DNA from: Narcine bancroftii
Lineage: Eukaryota
Reading direction: 5' to 3'
Length of the DNA: 64,000 nt
NCBI RefSeq assembly: GCF_036971445.1
Contig: NC_091471.1
Location: forward strand, 176,762,001 to 176,826,000
How positions within the stretch are numbered: position 1 is the stretch's first letter; each line of letters starts with the position of its first letter. The notes under the pieces were generated by a model. It had not been told where the DNA came from, searched no databases, and saw only the letters and a list, made by a program, of their open reading frames with translations. Shown piece by piece: positions 13,747 through 27,224 of the stretch. The translations under genes were made by a program, and so were the position numbers.

Positions 13747-13803
13747 CATATGTTGAAACACTGTGTTGCAGAGTCTGCTCAGGTGTTTATAATTTGAAGA
13801 TGC
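13747..13803 (-). CDS. Candidate 57-nt exon (ASSNYKHLSRLCNTVFQHM)
   Basis: Acceptor ttttttccctcttcag| and donor ATG|gtaaac. Open only in phase 0. Confidence 0.5.
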
Positions 13804-15249
13804 CTGAAGAGGGAAAAAATATAATTATTTCAACAACTGTTTCAAATACAAGCTTGCTTTCTCCTCAGCCCCCTGGAAGAAGATACTTCACACTTGCAAG
13901 GTACATGTGGACAAAGCAGCTGAAAACTGGAACTGGTGTAAAAGACTTCTCAGTGTGATTTGACACGGACATAAAAATCTGTTGTTGAAATTAATATCAA
14001 CCATTCAATGCCACTGATCTCTCAACTTTAACAGGAGTCGAATGAAGTACACAAAACTCAGCAGGTCCCACAACATCCAAGGCAGGTAAAAGGCAGTCAA
14101 CGTTTTGGGAATGAGACCTTCATCAGGAATCGAAAAATGAGACGGACCCCTGAATAAAAAGGTGGGGCTGGAGGGAGGGAGTAACATGGGCTAACAGGTA
14201 AGACTAATAAGTTCTGTGACTAACTGGGAATGAAATTGGAAGAGCACAGACAATGTTCTTCCTGACTGATATCTAGGATCATAGCTGTAGAATAAGGGGA
14301 GGCTATTTGAATTGAAATATGGAGACATTTCTTTACAAAGAGGAGGGTGAACCTTTGTAATTCTCTACCAAGGAATGATGGTGAATATCACCAAGCATTG
14401 TGTTCAAAACAGGAGTTTTTGAGGATAAAGGAATATGGAGATAGACCTACAAAACATCATTGAAGTTGATCAGTCAGAAGAAGCCAAATGGCCTGCTCCC
14501 TTCTATGTTACTTGTGTTGTTATGTGACATTACTGGTGGAGGTAACCGTGTTAGAGCAAACTTGCAGAATACAGGTGAACTGAAACTATGGAATTCAGGA
14601 CTTAGCTCTTGCCTCTCAAACCAAGATAATTTTTCACTGAGTAACCTTAGGAATAGCCTCAATGTTTTCCTCTGCAGAAAATGTCTCAACTGTGATTGGC
14701 CCACGTAACTACATTAAAATCCAGAGTCAAGCAGAAGCTGGAGGGACTCTGAAGGATTGAGCAGCATCAGTGGGGGGAAGAGAAAATAACTGTTGGCATT
14801 ACTTGTCAAAACCATTCATCAAATCAACCAATGAAGGAACTTGAAACGTTGTCAATTTCTTTATCCTCCGCAGATGCTGTCCAACTTGCCGACTTCCTCC
14901 AGTAGTTTGATACTTGTTCAAAGTTTCAGCATCTGTGGCACAAATGCTTATTGGATCCTTCCCCTCTCCACTCCACCCCACGACCACCACCATGATGACC
15001 ATACCCCAAGGTGGTCACACTAGCCTTGGTCTACATTGGTGCAAAACTCCGCACGACCTTATGGTTCTGTAACTTCTGTACATTCACTATGGATCTGCAG
15101 CTAGGTACAACCATTCAGGGATCATTAATTTAATTCCCACTGCACGGCTCCTGGTTTTATTCCATATTGACCTGCTATTTAGCTTAATGTGATTGCCCTA
15201 TGTAAGATGTTACAAAGAAGAGTCCTTTCAAGCCAGTTCCACTACTACC

Positions 15250-15860
15250 TAGATTGTGCCAATCTTCAAATTCAGATCCATTTTTCTGCACTCTGGTAAC
15301 TCTCTTCCCTTTCTCGATCTCTCTCCATTTCAGGAGAAAAACTATCTACAGACATCTTTTACCTCAACTACATTCCTGTCTCCAGTAAAAATGTTATTCC
15401 TCTCCCTCATTTCCTCCGTCTCCATCACATCTGCTCCTTGGATGAGACCTTCCATTCCAGGAAATCTGAGATGTCCTCCTTATTCAGAAAACATGACTTC
15501 CCCTCTATGCATTAACTCAGCCCTCACTCACATCTCCTCTATTTCCTGCACATATGTCCTGACCCCATCCCCCCCAATCCAAAACACAACAATGACAATG
15601 TTCCCCTTGAATTCACCTACCACCCCACCAGCTGCCACATGCAACATACTCTGTGACTTCTGATACCTAAACGGGATCCAACCACTAGACACATCTTCAC
15701 CTCCCCTCTCCACTTCGTATAAAGATCACACACCCTGTGTTACTCCCTCATTTACTCATCTCTTCCCACCTATCACCTTCTTGGAACCTAACCCTGTGAC
15801 CAAAAGAAGTGTAACACTTGCACTTGCACCTCCTCCCCCACCAATATTCTGGGCCCCAGT
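15250..15860 (+). mobile_element. Penelope-like element, RT C-terminal part (continues at 19093)
   Basis: LPFLDL-type thumb remnant; sequence joins (gggccccag|gtccttccaagtg) to the GIY-YIG part at 19093. Confidence 0.7.
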
Positions 15861-18800
15861 CTTTTTTTTAAGCTAAAAATATTTTTCCACAATCAATTAT
15901 TTACAAAACAGAAAACCATTCAAAGTATTTTTATACCTATAATGTCAGTCATATCTGTACCTTCTCATCAATGTACATTGATACGTGTTCTCTCAATACA
16001 CCATTACCACCACTGTAGCACCTTGTCATTTATTTCCCCCTCCCTTATTGGTTGAGGGGCTTCCCCTCAGTCTCAGCCCCTCAATGCCCAGAAATGGGAG
16101 GACTGTGGTCCATCCCAACAGCGCCCTTGTGTTGGCTGCACCCAGCATATGTGCATCCCTCAGCACATACTCCTGAGGCCAGGAATGTGCCAGTCTGCAG
16201 CATTCACAGACTGATACCCCAGTATGCTGAAAGACCAACAGGTTTTGAGCAGCTTTCACTGAGTTGATGGTCTTCCAGCAGTTTTTGATGTCTTGACTCT
16301 GAGTGCGTCTTCGAGAACAGCCCATATATCAGAGAGTTCTTGATCACGCTGCCCCTGCAGATGAATCATGAAGAGGACTTTTGCATCCTTCTCCACACCC
16401 TTTTTTTGTGAATCTGCATTCAGCAAAGAGGTGGGCAACAGCCTTCTCTCCATAACAGTCATCTCGAGGACAACATGCATGGAAGGATCTGACTTAGAGG
16501 CCTCGTCTCATGTTCAGCCAGGCCAAGTCCTGGTGCTTGTTGGTGAGCCCTGGTGATGAGGCATTCTACCAGATGACCTGAATAGTCTGCTCAGGTGATC
16601 ATCCTACTGGGTTCATCGAGTCCTTGTCTCTCAATATCTGCAGGATGTTCCGTGCTGAGCTACTGCTCAATAGCTTTGTGGTCAAGGTGTTGTTTTGAAA
16701 AAAATTCCCAAAATGGATAGATGATGTGCTAAGGTCCAGCTGACTGGGACATTCTGTGGCACAGGTAGAACCTCAGAACATAGCGGCACTTGGTGCCCTC
16801 GTTCTTTGATTCCATGCACAGCCTGAAGCAACCACATACAAAGATGGTCATCAGGATGAGGACCGTATTGGGTACACCTTTGCCCCCATTATCTAGCAAC
16901 ATATACATGGCACCGCTTTGACCCTATCCATTTTTGGTCTCCCAATGAAATCAGAAAACTGCTCTGCTGATCGCCAGGGCAGAGGTGCAAGGAATAGGCT
17001 AGATCTGTGCCACTTACAGCAATATTGAGAACACCTCACACCTGATGACCATGTTCTTCCCAGTTAATGGGAGGAAGCGCCACACCTACCAACCCACTTT
17101 TTGGTGAACCTTTGCGATCCGCTCTGACCAATTCTTGTTGCTGGCATTTTCAGATGGTCAGATCTGACTATGAAGGAGATGGCGGACCACTCAGACCAGA
17201 TACCGAAGAGCATTGCCTCAATCTTCCTCTGGTTACCCTAGTGCCTGATGTGGACTCAAAATGCCTGTATATGCTGGTTGGTCTCCAGACTGATCGTTTA
17301 TCTGAACAGAAGACAACAACGTCATCCATGTGTAGGAAGTCCTTACTCTGGGCACCTTGTGACAGAATATAGATATGTTTTTGGGAGATAAATTGGAGAA
17401 GGTTTTTTTAGTGTAGGTCACAAACAAACACTTTTAAACAGATCTTAATTGAAGTGCTGGAGCTCTGCTCATGGTAGCCATGTTGGGGCCAACAGCCTTT
17501 GCAAAAGCTTTGGAGAGTGCCCAAAAGACTTCACTAATAGATTGTTGTTTACAAAAAGGCAATAGATGAAAGAACTTGTCGGAGCCATAGATTGTCTGCA
17601 GGGAAACTTGCTGTTCTAAGAGGGTCATGTGATTTTGCAAGCAGAGAGAGTCAAACAGGCTTTCTCTCTGAGAGAAAGAGAGAGAGAGAGAAAGACAGAG
17701 ATAGAGATCAGTTCTACAGCTTAACAGTCAGCAGCAGCAGCTGGGATTGGAATAGGACAAGCTGGCAAGCTTGTGGAAAACTCCATTTGGAAGACAGGTT
17801 GTGAGTGCTTGGTTCAGCCTGGTCAAAGCAAGAGGAGAAGACTGGCTGTCTAATGTTTCACTTGAAATAAGGGAAACAAAAAGGATCTCTGTGGTGACCC
17901 GAAAGAAAGAGGTTATCATCTGGAAAACCCTGAAGGGGGAAGTTTCTTCGGCAAGACACTGAAGTGGCTGATTAAAAAGGCATCAGTGTGGGTGTCCAGC
18001 GTATAACAAATCTCTCTCTGAAAACCGACAAGAGCCTTCTTAAGTGGAAACCATTTACCTTTCAAGCACCAAAGCCTGGTGAACTTTATAAATGTTAAAT
18101 TCTGTGCACAGTATAAGAATTGCCTACAACCAATGAACTTGGAGGAATCAGAAGTGAGATTGGACTGTGAATCAAAGAACTTTTCTGAACTTACACACAC
18201 ATTACATACACATGCGCTTAGAATTAGAAGGGGGCTAGGTTAGGTTAGTTAAATCAATAGTGATAAGTTAGAGTGTGATTCTATTTTCATATTTAAAGAT
18301 TATTAAAAGCAACTTTGTTTAAGTAACCATTGTCTTGGTGAATATTGCTGCTGGATTTTGGGGTCCTCTGGGCTCGTAACAGCCTCCACTTCCTGGTAAC
18401 TCCTGTTTTGCATTCATCCTTCTTGTTGGATTCAGCAAAGGGCTCTATGCAGCACACAAATAAGACTGGAGATAGCAGGCAACCTTGCCTAACTCCAGAT
18501 GATGGAGAAGCAATTTGTTTTCCACCCATTGATTTGGACTGCGCTACAGATGTATGTGCAGAGCAGTTTAATACAATTCCAGATTCCCTCCCAAAGCCCA
18601 TTTTGGAGAGCACATCCATCATTTATTGTCAAAAGCCTTCTCCTGGTCTAAGCTGACCAGGCAGGAGTTTACCCCACCATCCTGTTATGTAGGTGATGGT
18701 ATCCCTGAGCAGTGGGAGCTTGTCAAGTCATCTTCCTGCCTGGAACCATGCAAGTTTGATTGGGTGGATTACCTGCCCAGGGCAGACTTGACTTGTCTGG

Positions 18801-19092
18801 CAATGGCCTTGGACAAGATTTTGTCATCAACGTTTAGCAATAATATAGGCCTCCAATTCCTGATATCATCCTTCTCTTCCTTCTATTTGAAGATGAGGGT
18901 AATGATGCCCTTCCTCATGGGGTCTGCTATGCTTCCTGCCAGGAGCATAGCATTTTATACTTCCAGCAGCTCCGGGCCCACTCAAACCCAGCGAGGCGTA
19001 TACGACTCTGTTGTTAGGCCATCGTTTCCGGGAGTCTTCCTTGATCCACAGGAATGGACAGAGTCCATCAGCTCCTCCAGGGTAATTGGCTG
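15861..19092 (-). mobile_element. Tx1/L1-clade LINE, 5'-truncated and degenerate, split by a solo LTR
   Basis: Minus-strand NWRPILLLNVD, LVSLDQEKAFD, SGVRQGCLLSPVLF and HMDDVVVF motifs. T-run at 15862 is the poly(A) tail. Confidence 0.85.
17358..18381 (+). mobile_element. Solo LTR (~1.02 kb), probably Gypsy-type
   Basis: TGTGAC...GTAACA termini, imperfect TSD acct/gcct and ATTAAA near the 3' end. Interrupts the Tx1 RT between the QG and DD motifs. Confidence 0.75.
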
Positions 19093-19740
19093 GTCCTTCC
19101 AAGTGAAGCAACACTTCACATGTAAATCTAAAGGAGTCATTTACTGCATCCAGTCCACCCAATGCAGCCTCCTCTACATCAGAGAGACTGGACACAAACA
19201 AGAAGATCACTTCACTGAGCACCTTCGCTCTGGCTACCGTAAAGCAAGGATCTCCAAGTGGCTAATCACTTTAATTCCACATACCAGTGGCACCCTGACA
19301 TATGTGTCCATGACCTCGCGTTCAATTTAAGGCCACCCACAAAATGGAGGAAACAACACCTTATATTTGTTCTCAGCAGGCTCCAAGCAGACAGCATCAA
19401 TATCAACCAACAATTTTTATTGACCACCCCTTCCCTGGTCGGTCAGTCGGTCTCTCTCTCTCCCCTCTTCATCCCTTTGTCTCTCTTCCTGCTCCCCAGC
19501 ACCTCCTTCCCCTTTTCTCCTATCCTCTCCCCATCCCCTCATCTTATTTCTCTTCTATCTCCCCATTTGTATCCACCAAATCCCTTTATCTCACCCTTCT
19601 CACCTCTCACCCCAACCCACTCTTTTATTCAGGCATCTGTCTGATTTTCTGTGCTCCTGAAGAAAGGCCTACTGCCTTTTACCTTGTATGGATGCTCAAA
19701 GACCTGTGGAGATTCTTCAATAGTTTTTTTGTGGCAAATT
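19093..19740 (+). mobile_element. Penelope-like element, GIY-YIG endonuclease and 3' terminal region
   Basis: FQVKQHFTCKSKGVIYCIQ..LLYIRETG..DHFTEH, then a pyrimidine tract and ctgaaga..ctgtggagattcttc terminal motif. Confidence 0.8.
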
Positions 19741-20182
19741 GTCTAATTTTCCACAATGCCAATTCCCTTCACTCAAGTCTTCACAGACCCATATCATTCA
19801 TCCACTCCTTTAACTATTGAAATACTATTTCAGTGTTCCCGCTTCTTTATTTTTCTCTCTCAGATATTAATTCTTTTAATAAAAAAAAATCTGAATAATA
19901 ATTGTTCGGATCCTGTGATTCCACCGCTGGACATAACTCAATCCTTTGCCTGTTGCCATATTTTGAGCTTTGATCTTTCACATTCTCCTTTTATCATCAC
20001 TGACAAATTAATAATTCATCGGTCAATCCTGCTTTACATTTGCTGAATGCTACCACAACTAATGGAACAAGAAGCATGCAAGTAAAAGAACATTTTGCTA
20101 AATATCATCTGACCCATGAGCAGAAACGCTACAATCATCTATATTTTATGAAGAAATAATCTACTATCAAAATGATAATGAC

Positions 20183-20293
20183 CTGATATTTTCCAAAGCT
20201 GTTTTGCATAAATTGCGATCTGTGGAAATGTACAAGCGTTGGTGCAGTAAAATCAACTGAGATCTGGAGTGGCTTCTGGCTCTCCTGCTGGCC
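20183..20293 (-). CDS. Possible 111-nt internal exon of the minus-strand gene
   Basis: aattatttcag| ... CAG|gtcatt, open in two frames. Weak donor; non-repetitive sequence. Confidence 0.3.
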
Positions 20294-20992
20294 CTGAAAT
20301 AATTGTTCCCACCAATGTTCAAATCCAAGCAACAATAATTAAAACATACAATCAACTAGCTCCAATGCTTGGTGAAAATGAGCCTTTATGCTTCTTAGCT
20401 ACAATGACCACAGAGTGGACATTTGCCTCAGCTATTTTTTTGTTGGACATCAATGCAGTAACAGTTGTATTTTGTAATGGAGTTTCAAAATGTAGTTACA
20501 TTGACATTAATAGAAGGGAGAAGGATATTTCAGAAAACAAATACAATTCAGAGTGCAACTTAAGATGAGCATGTACAGTACTTCTTAATATTTAAATTGT
20601 AAATTCAGGATTGTTCTTTTAAGGTTGCATGACTGTCAAAGACAAACATTGTTCTGTATCTATTTGTTCGTTTATGAAGCTCATATACTTTGCTTCAGGC
20701 TCAGGATGCATTGCCATGAACTAGTATGCAAATTAAATCAGAGCTGAAAGGAGTTATGGTAAGATTATCTATTGGAAGCTGCATTACTGACATGCCAGGA
20801 ACTGTGCCTTCCTCGCTGCTGTCTGACCAGAAACTGCAAGCCAGGAAGATGACAGAAATTCCCGCCCTGCCCATTGCTGCAGGCTGCCATGCTGGAAAGA
20901 TGGATTCAAGAAACCGGCTAAAATCCCATTCTCCTCATTGCTGCACTGGGAATTAGAACACAGTACGGTACAGACTACACCAACCATGTTAC

Positions 20993-21027
20993 TTTGATGA
21001 AGGGTTCAAGCCCGAAACATCGGTTAT
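20993..21027 (+). ncRNA. Relic minimal hammerhead-ribozyme-like motif in a Penelope terminal repeat
   Basis: TTGATGA-a-GGG ttcaag CCC-GAAAC atcg GTT: core CUGANGA (C>T), stem II, GAAA, minimal stem III and NUH triplet. Confidence 0.5.
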
Positions 21028-23577
21028 GCCTCTTAATCTTTGCTACATAAAATACACTGTTTGACCTGCTGAGTTTCTCCAGCATTGTGTCTTTATTTCA
21101 ACCATGCGTCTGCAGACAACACCAACCATGAAGACAATTTAAACTAATTCCACCTGCCTGCACATAGTCTATATCCCTCTATTCACTGTCTGTTGGTGTG
21201 TTTGTCTTAATGCCTCTAAAACATTGCTGTTGCATCTGCTTCCACCACCTCCCCTGGAAGCGTGTTCCAAGCACCTACTACTCTCTGTATAAGAATTCAC
21301 AACTTGTAAATTATTTTTCCATTCTTACCTTAAACATATCCTCTCCAGTATTTTATGTTTCCACTGTGGGATGAAGACTCTGACTTCACCTTCTCCATGC
21401 CTCCCATAATTTTTTTTTCAGATCATCCCTCAGCTTCCAGCACTCCACAGAAAACAATTCAAATTTGTCTAACTTCTCTTTCGAGCCAATACTAATCCTT
21501 GCCCTCTGCCATCACCCCAACAGTGAACCCCTATGGCTCATTGTCGAAAGACTGTCTGTGAGTGTAGTGTTGGGCAGGTCAGGGAGATCAATGCATCCAC
21601 TCAGATATGTACCCATGGCTGAACTGATGATGGCACAGTGAGTGCAGGCCATTGCTGGACATCTGTCAACCTTTGCTGTGGGAATCCCAGCGGAGGGCAA
21701 TGTTTCACCAGGTTTATGACACAGTATTGATGCAGAAAAAGTAGTGGTTTTATGTCTCTAGTACAGCATGGGAAAGGCAGTGGTCCACACCAGGTTCCTG
21801 ATATTCCAGCCGCAGACTGACTGGAGGATGATTTTACTGGGGATACCAACTCCTCAGTATTAACACTGGAGTCCAAATGTACTATTTCCTTCAGTGGAGA
21901 AGCGTTATGCACACCATTTTTGATTTTGCCTGAGTGCAAATTGTTTATATGCAACTTATGAAAAAATAGCCCCTTCAGTTTGCAGGTGGTGAAAGGATAA
22001 CTATGAATCGATAGAAAGCAAGGATGCTAGTTCAATATAAAGGGCAACACCTTGAACTCTCATGTTATCAAGGGACTTCAGAAAGTTTCTAATGAGTAGC
22101 AAGCAAAGGATTTTCCTTGGGGGCCAAATTATTATTTATCTCTCAGTCAACATCTTGCTAGATAATCAGACTGATGTAATTAACTCTAGGCTGTCTGGAT
22201 GCTCTGCTATCTTGAAAACCATGCTGTGGCCAATGTTTATCCCTCATCAAAATAATTTGAGATTATTGTTCAATATGAGATTAACAATTTTGGGACCAGG
22301 TTGCCACATTTGCCTATTTACAGCAGTGAATATATTTTAAAAGCTTTTGATTAACTTGATTAAGAAGTCCCATATAAATTAAATTATTTTTTCTTTCACT
22401 TCTGTGAATGGGATAGAGGTATTGCGGTTTCTCTTAATTATGGCAGTCTTCCTGCCTTGGGTTTTATATTTAATGACAGCTGTCAGTATATATTTGGCAT
22501 GCCCTCAGACTAGGCATAATCCGTCCCATCTGTTCCTACTGTATAGCTTCATTTAAAATTCAATGACATGACACACCAAAAACAAATGCACTTAAATAAA
22601 ATATTACTTAATGTGAAAGCTGCATCCAACACTTTGCAAAGGAAAATGGTCTCATGTTCAACCTGGAACAAATTTTGATGAAGGAACAGTGAATGGCACT
22701 GGTAACAATGTTTCATGAGTCTTAACTGCTCCAAAAGTGCTCATAGAAATCCAAGGATGAATGGAGCAGCTGTTAAGAAGTTGGAAGATTGATTAGAAAA
22801 AATATAAGGAGATTTGTAGCAAATTCTGGACCAACCCATCAGGTCAAGCTTTGTTATTCAACTGCAAGAACTAGAGTACATTAATCATTCTCATTTGACG
22901 ATGACACTGTAAAGCAACACAGAATAAGTAAATTTGCCTGTTGGCTATGGTGTAATGTGGAGGCTTGGTGATATGCATTCCAATATTCATTAATAAATTG
23001 GAATTCCTCTCAATTATCAACGATGCTATGTCTTATTTACAATTGCCATGATAAACGCATGGCATTGTGTTAAAAAAAAACAGCTCACCACTAGGTGTCA
23101 CAAATTATGTCAATGAATACCACATTCCAATATTTTCTTTGCTAAAAATGCTTACTCATTGACAATTGGAATGGAACTCAAATCTAACACTGGCTCTTCA
23201 TTCACTCATGCAGGAGATGAGATCAGCGGATTCAGTCTAAGTTGGAAATCTATCTTGAAATGAGGTGATGTCAAATGTTATAATACAGTCTGTTTCGCTT
23301 TGGAAGGAGACAATTATAGCAGTGTTAAGAATGTTGGAAGAAATCTATTACCTTCATAAATTGAATGTAGACAAGGAATAACTCATCAATAACTGAGTTT
23401 GTAGAACACAGAGAAGCAATTGCCAATTCCCCTCTTCAGTTTCCAAATAAACAATTCCCTGATATGACATGGCATCTTGTTTGCTTGACAGAAACACTGT
23501 GACATTACATCAACGATGCCAGTAGCCATACATTCTGTTGGTCACAACTATATTTTTGTCACAGCCTTGCACTTAAT

Positions 23578-24362
23578 GTCACCATGACTAAGGAGCTGAT
23601 TGTTGACGATAGAAAAGGAACACCAGATGTGTATGATCCATTAATTATTGGGGAGCCACGGTGTAGAGGATGAGAACATTTAAGTTCTTGGGAGTCACTA
23701 TCTTGGAGGATCTTTCCTGGACCCAACATACTAATGGCATCATGAAAAAAAGCACATCAGTGTCTCTACTTCCTCTGGACTTTGCAGAAGTTTGGTAAGA
23801 CATGGGATACCCTGGCAAATTTCTACAGATGTCTGGTGGAAATTCTGCTGACTGGCTGCATCACACTCTGCTATGGAGGCACCAATGCCTCCGGCATAAA
23901 ACCCTGCAAAAAGTAGTGGACACAGCCCAAGACATCACAGGCAAACCCCTTCCCACCATCAAGAACATCTATAGGGAACACTGCCGTCAGAGAGCAACAG
24001 CAATCATCAAGGATCCACACCATCCAGCACATCTCTGTTCTCACAGCTACCATCAGGAAAGAGGTACAAGTGCCACAAGACTTGTACCACCAGGTCAGGA
24101 ACAGCTGCTATCCCTCCACCATCAGTCTCTTTAACAACAACTTAATCAGAGACTCATTTAAAGAATCTTACTTTTGAACTTCATTGTTTTTTTTCTGCTC
24201 TCTGTATTGCACATTCAGTTGTTTTCACTTGTTTACATGTGTACATTGTGTAGTTTTTTTGGTACTACTAATGAGTGATAGTTCTGCCTGACTTGCAGAA
24301 AAAAGAATCTCAGGGTTGTATGTGATGTCATGTATGTACTCTGACAATCAATCTGAAATTTG
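23578..24362 (+). mobile_element. Rex1/Babar LINE 3' fragment
   Basis: TKELIVD, FKFLGVTI..DLSWTQH, AHQCLYFL and IIKDPHHP remnants; tail ctgacaat..ctgaaatttgaa. Confidence 0.8.
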
Positions 24363-24461
24363 AACCTCCTTCCTCAGCTTCTTAATCTCATTTACTTTAT
24401 ATTATTGCTTTTTTCCTCAAATCTATTCCAAGACCCATTTGCCCATATCTCAATTCACACA

Positions 24462-24935
24462 GCATCGAGTCCACGCTGCTGAAGATCCAGCTGCGCTGGA
24501 TGGGTCACGTCTCCAGAATGGAGGACCATCGCCTTTCCAAGATCGTGTTATATGGCGAGCTCTCCACTGGCCACCGTGACAGAGGTGCACCAAAGAAAAG
24601 GTACAAGGACTGCCTAAAGAAATCTCTTGGTGCCTGCCACATTGACCACCGCCAGTGGGCTGATAACGCCTCAAACCGTGCATCTTGGCGCCTCACAGTT
24701 TGGCGGGCAGCAACCTCCTTTGAAGAAGACCGCAGAGCCCACCTCACTGTCAAAAGGCAAAGGAGGAAAAACCCAACACCCAACCCCAACCAACCAATTT
24801 TCCCCTGCAACCGCTGCAACCGTGTCTGCCTGTCCCGCATCGGACTTGTCAGCCACAAACGAGCCTGCAGCTGACGTGGACTTTTACCCCCTCCATAAAT
24901 CTTCGTCCGCGAAGCCAAGCCAAAGAAGAAAGAAG
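24462..24935 (+). mobile_element. RTE-clade LINE 3' end, young copy
   Basis: Intact LRWMGHVSRMEDHRLSKIVLYGEL...CNRCNRVCLSRIGLVSHKRAC, (AAG)-rich tail and perfect 10-bp TSD AATTCACACA. Confidence 0.92.
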
Positions 24936-26471
24936 AATTCACACAATGCTCCACCCCCATCTCTCTTGTATTCTCTGACCTACAATGGCTCTTGGCGAGT
25001 ACACAGGCAATTTTTAAATTTTTTTATCCTTGATTTCAAGTCCATGGCCTTCCCTTTCATATTCCTCAAACTTTCTCCAGCCCTGTAATCCTCCAAGGTT
25101 CATTATTCCTCCATCTTAATTTAAATATCTCCACAATTAGTCATCAAGCCTTTAGAAATCAAAATCTTATCTCCCCAGAATCTCCTCACCTTTCCTTCCT
25201 CCTTTAAGGCATTCCTGAAAACCAATTTGTATGTGTAAGTATTTGGTCATTGACCTGAATCTTTCCTTTTGTATCTAAAGCGAGGCTTTGGCATGTTTAA
25301 CCATCCTAATTGCAAGCATTCTTGAATCCCATAAGAATATAACTTGAGGATTTGATGCATTCAAACTATAGACGTCAGTGCACAGTGGAGCCAAAGATTC
25401 AGACATCCTCAGATTAACTTATTATGTAAGAGAAAATCAAATTATCAATCACTGCAATGCAGAATAGAGTTTTTGACATACACCAGGTTGTTCTGTTTAT
25501 TCTCTCAGGAGCTTTAGGGTCTATTTATACAAGATAGAATTATCCAGGCAGCTGTATTGTTGCTGCAAATGAAATTGGATCTTGGCTTTCTGTCAGCAGT
25601 ATCTGCTTTGAAAGACCAAATCTGGCATATTTGGTATGATCTCCAAATCTCTAGCATTGTTTCAAATGTCATAAATGCCGCGTCAGATTCAAACCTGGGT
25701 TGCTGGCACTGTAATAGTGTTGTGATGACCACTATCCCTCAGGCACCAACTTTCCTGATAGTAAGAAGTACCCGTCTTTTCACTTCAGTTTGTCGATAGT
25801 ACCCGAAGTGCAGCAGAGGATATCTCAAACCTACTTAGATTGGTGTCACAAGCACCCAACAATTAGCAAAATTATAATTTCTGTTTCACCAATTACCCAG
25901 TGGATAGATGGGTCACCTTCTCCTTCATCCTTAAACTTGGTGGAATCTGTGATATAGGTGGGATACCACAGCAACCCTTATGAAATTCATGGTCATTACA
26001 TCATAGCAACTCACAAGAAATATATAGGCTATCCAGACAGCTTAGTGTTCATCAATTGTCTTATTTAGTCGTCTTCTGTGATATTAGCAAACGAATAACT
26101 TTTAGTCTGAATACCAGAGAAAATCGTTTTAAATCGACTTGTTCTGTTGTCACCTAGATCCATGGGAGTCAAGGTATTGTACTTCACATTTAACTAGCAT
26201 GTTCACTGTTGTTCAGGTTCATGCCTGAATCATCCATTTCTTTCAATCAAGTCTGATCATCAGTCATAAATCTGTCAACAGGCTGAACATATGATTAAAT
26301 TCATATAATAACATTTACTTTGCTAACTAACAGATTAGAAACAATAAGACAATAGTCTTGTGCCAAACTGCAGCATCTTTAAGCCAACACTCAACTTTAT
26401 TTTCAATAACTGAAAAGCTACAGTAACAGAACAATTTTGAGAGTAAAAAGAGACAGACATATTGTTCTCAC

Positions 26472-26531
26472 CTCTGGTGTAACTCCCTCCTGTAGCATCT
26501 CATCTGAACTGAATTGGAATTCACAATTCTG
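26472..26531 (-). CDS. C4orf50: 60-nt exon (QNCEFQFSSDEMLQEGVTPE), NAGNAG acceptor
   Basis: T-rich acceptor ...gtaaattctag|CAG and donor GAG|gtgaga. Phase 0-0, open frame. Confidence 0.65.
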
Positions 26532-27224
26532 CTAGAATTTACAAAAAAAAAGTGACACTATGAAAATTTAGTCTATCAGAGGCAGGTGTAAAGATTGAGT
26601 CAAAGGCCGAGAGATTTGTATTTGTTGTGTAGATTGAGCAGTCCCTCAAAATTGAGGACTTGCTTCCAATTCCAGCTCTGTGGGCTCTGAGGTGGCTGAG
26701 GAGTCCTGATGGGATCTACAGGTCATGCAACATGCATTTGTTCTGTAAACCCGTACTGAGGATGATCTTGGATTTGAACAGTTCCAGCTCATTCTGTGAA
26801 ATAGTTCAACCCCAACAAGAAACTTGCTGAAGGTGAGATGATGTATTGCAGTGGGAAATGTTGAGAAGAACTTTATTGTTTGACTATGATCTGCACTCTA
26901 ATTAAATCTGTGATGGACTAACTGTTTAAGCTTACAACTTGTACATCATAGTGGAGCAGGAGTAAAATGGTAATGAATTTCTAAGGACAACTACAACAGC
27001 TAGAAGGCCATCTGCACTTGCAGATTAGCTTTTACAATCGGTGATGGCTATTGTCCAAGATCAGAATTTGTTAAAACTATAGCTATTACATTATTTTGGG
27101 AGAGGCACCTCTCATTTAATGAATACCTTCCAGTTTGTCCTTTTTTCCTTTGGAAAAATTTTGATCTGCAAAACTTCTCACCTTCTCTCCCTCAGTTCAA
27201 TCCATTCAGAAGATACCTGGCACT

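Noticed and set aside
18626-19330. 234-aa plus-strand ORF as a gene
   Set aside because: Chance fusion of antisense Tx1 sequence with the Penelope GIY-YIG fragment.
22600-25660. Additional exons near 22770 and 25520
   Set aside because: Acceptor-like sites exist, but frames close quickly or phases do not fit.
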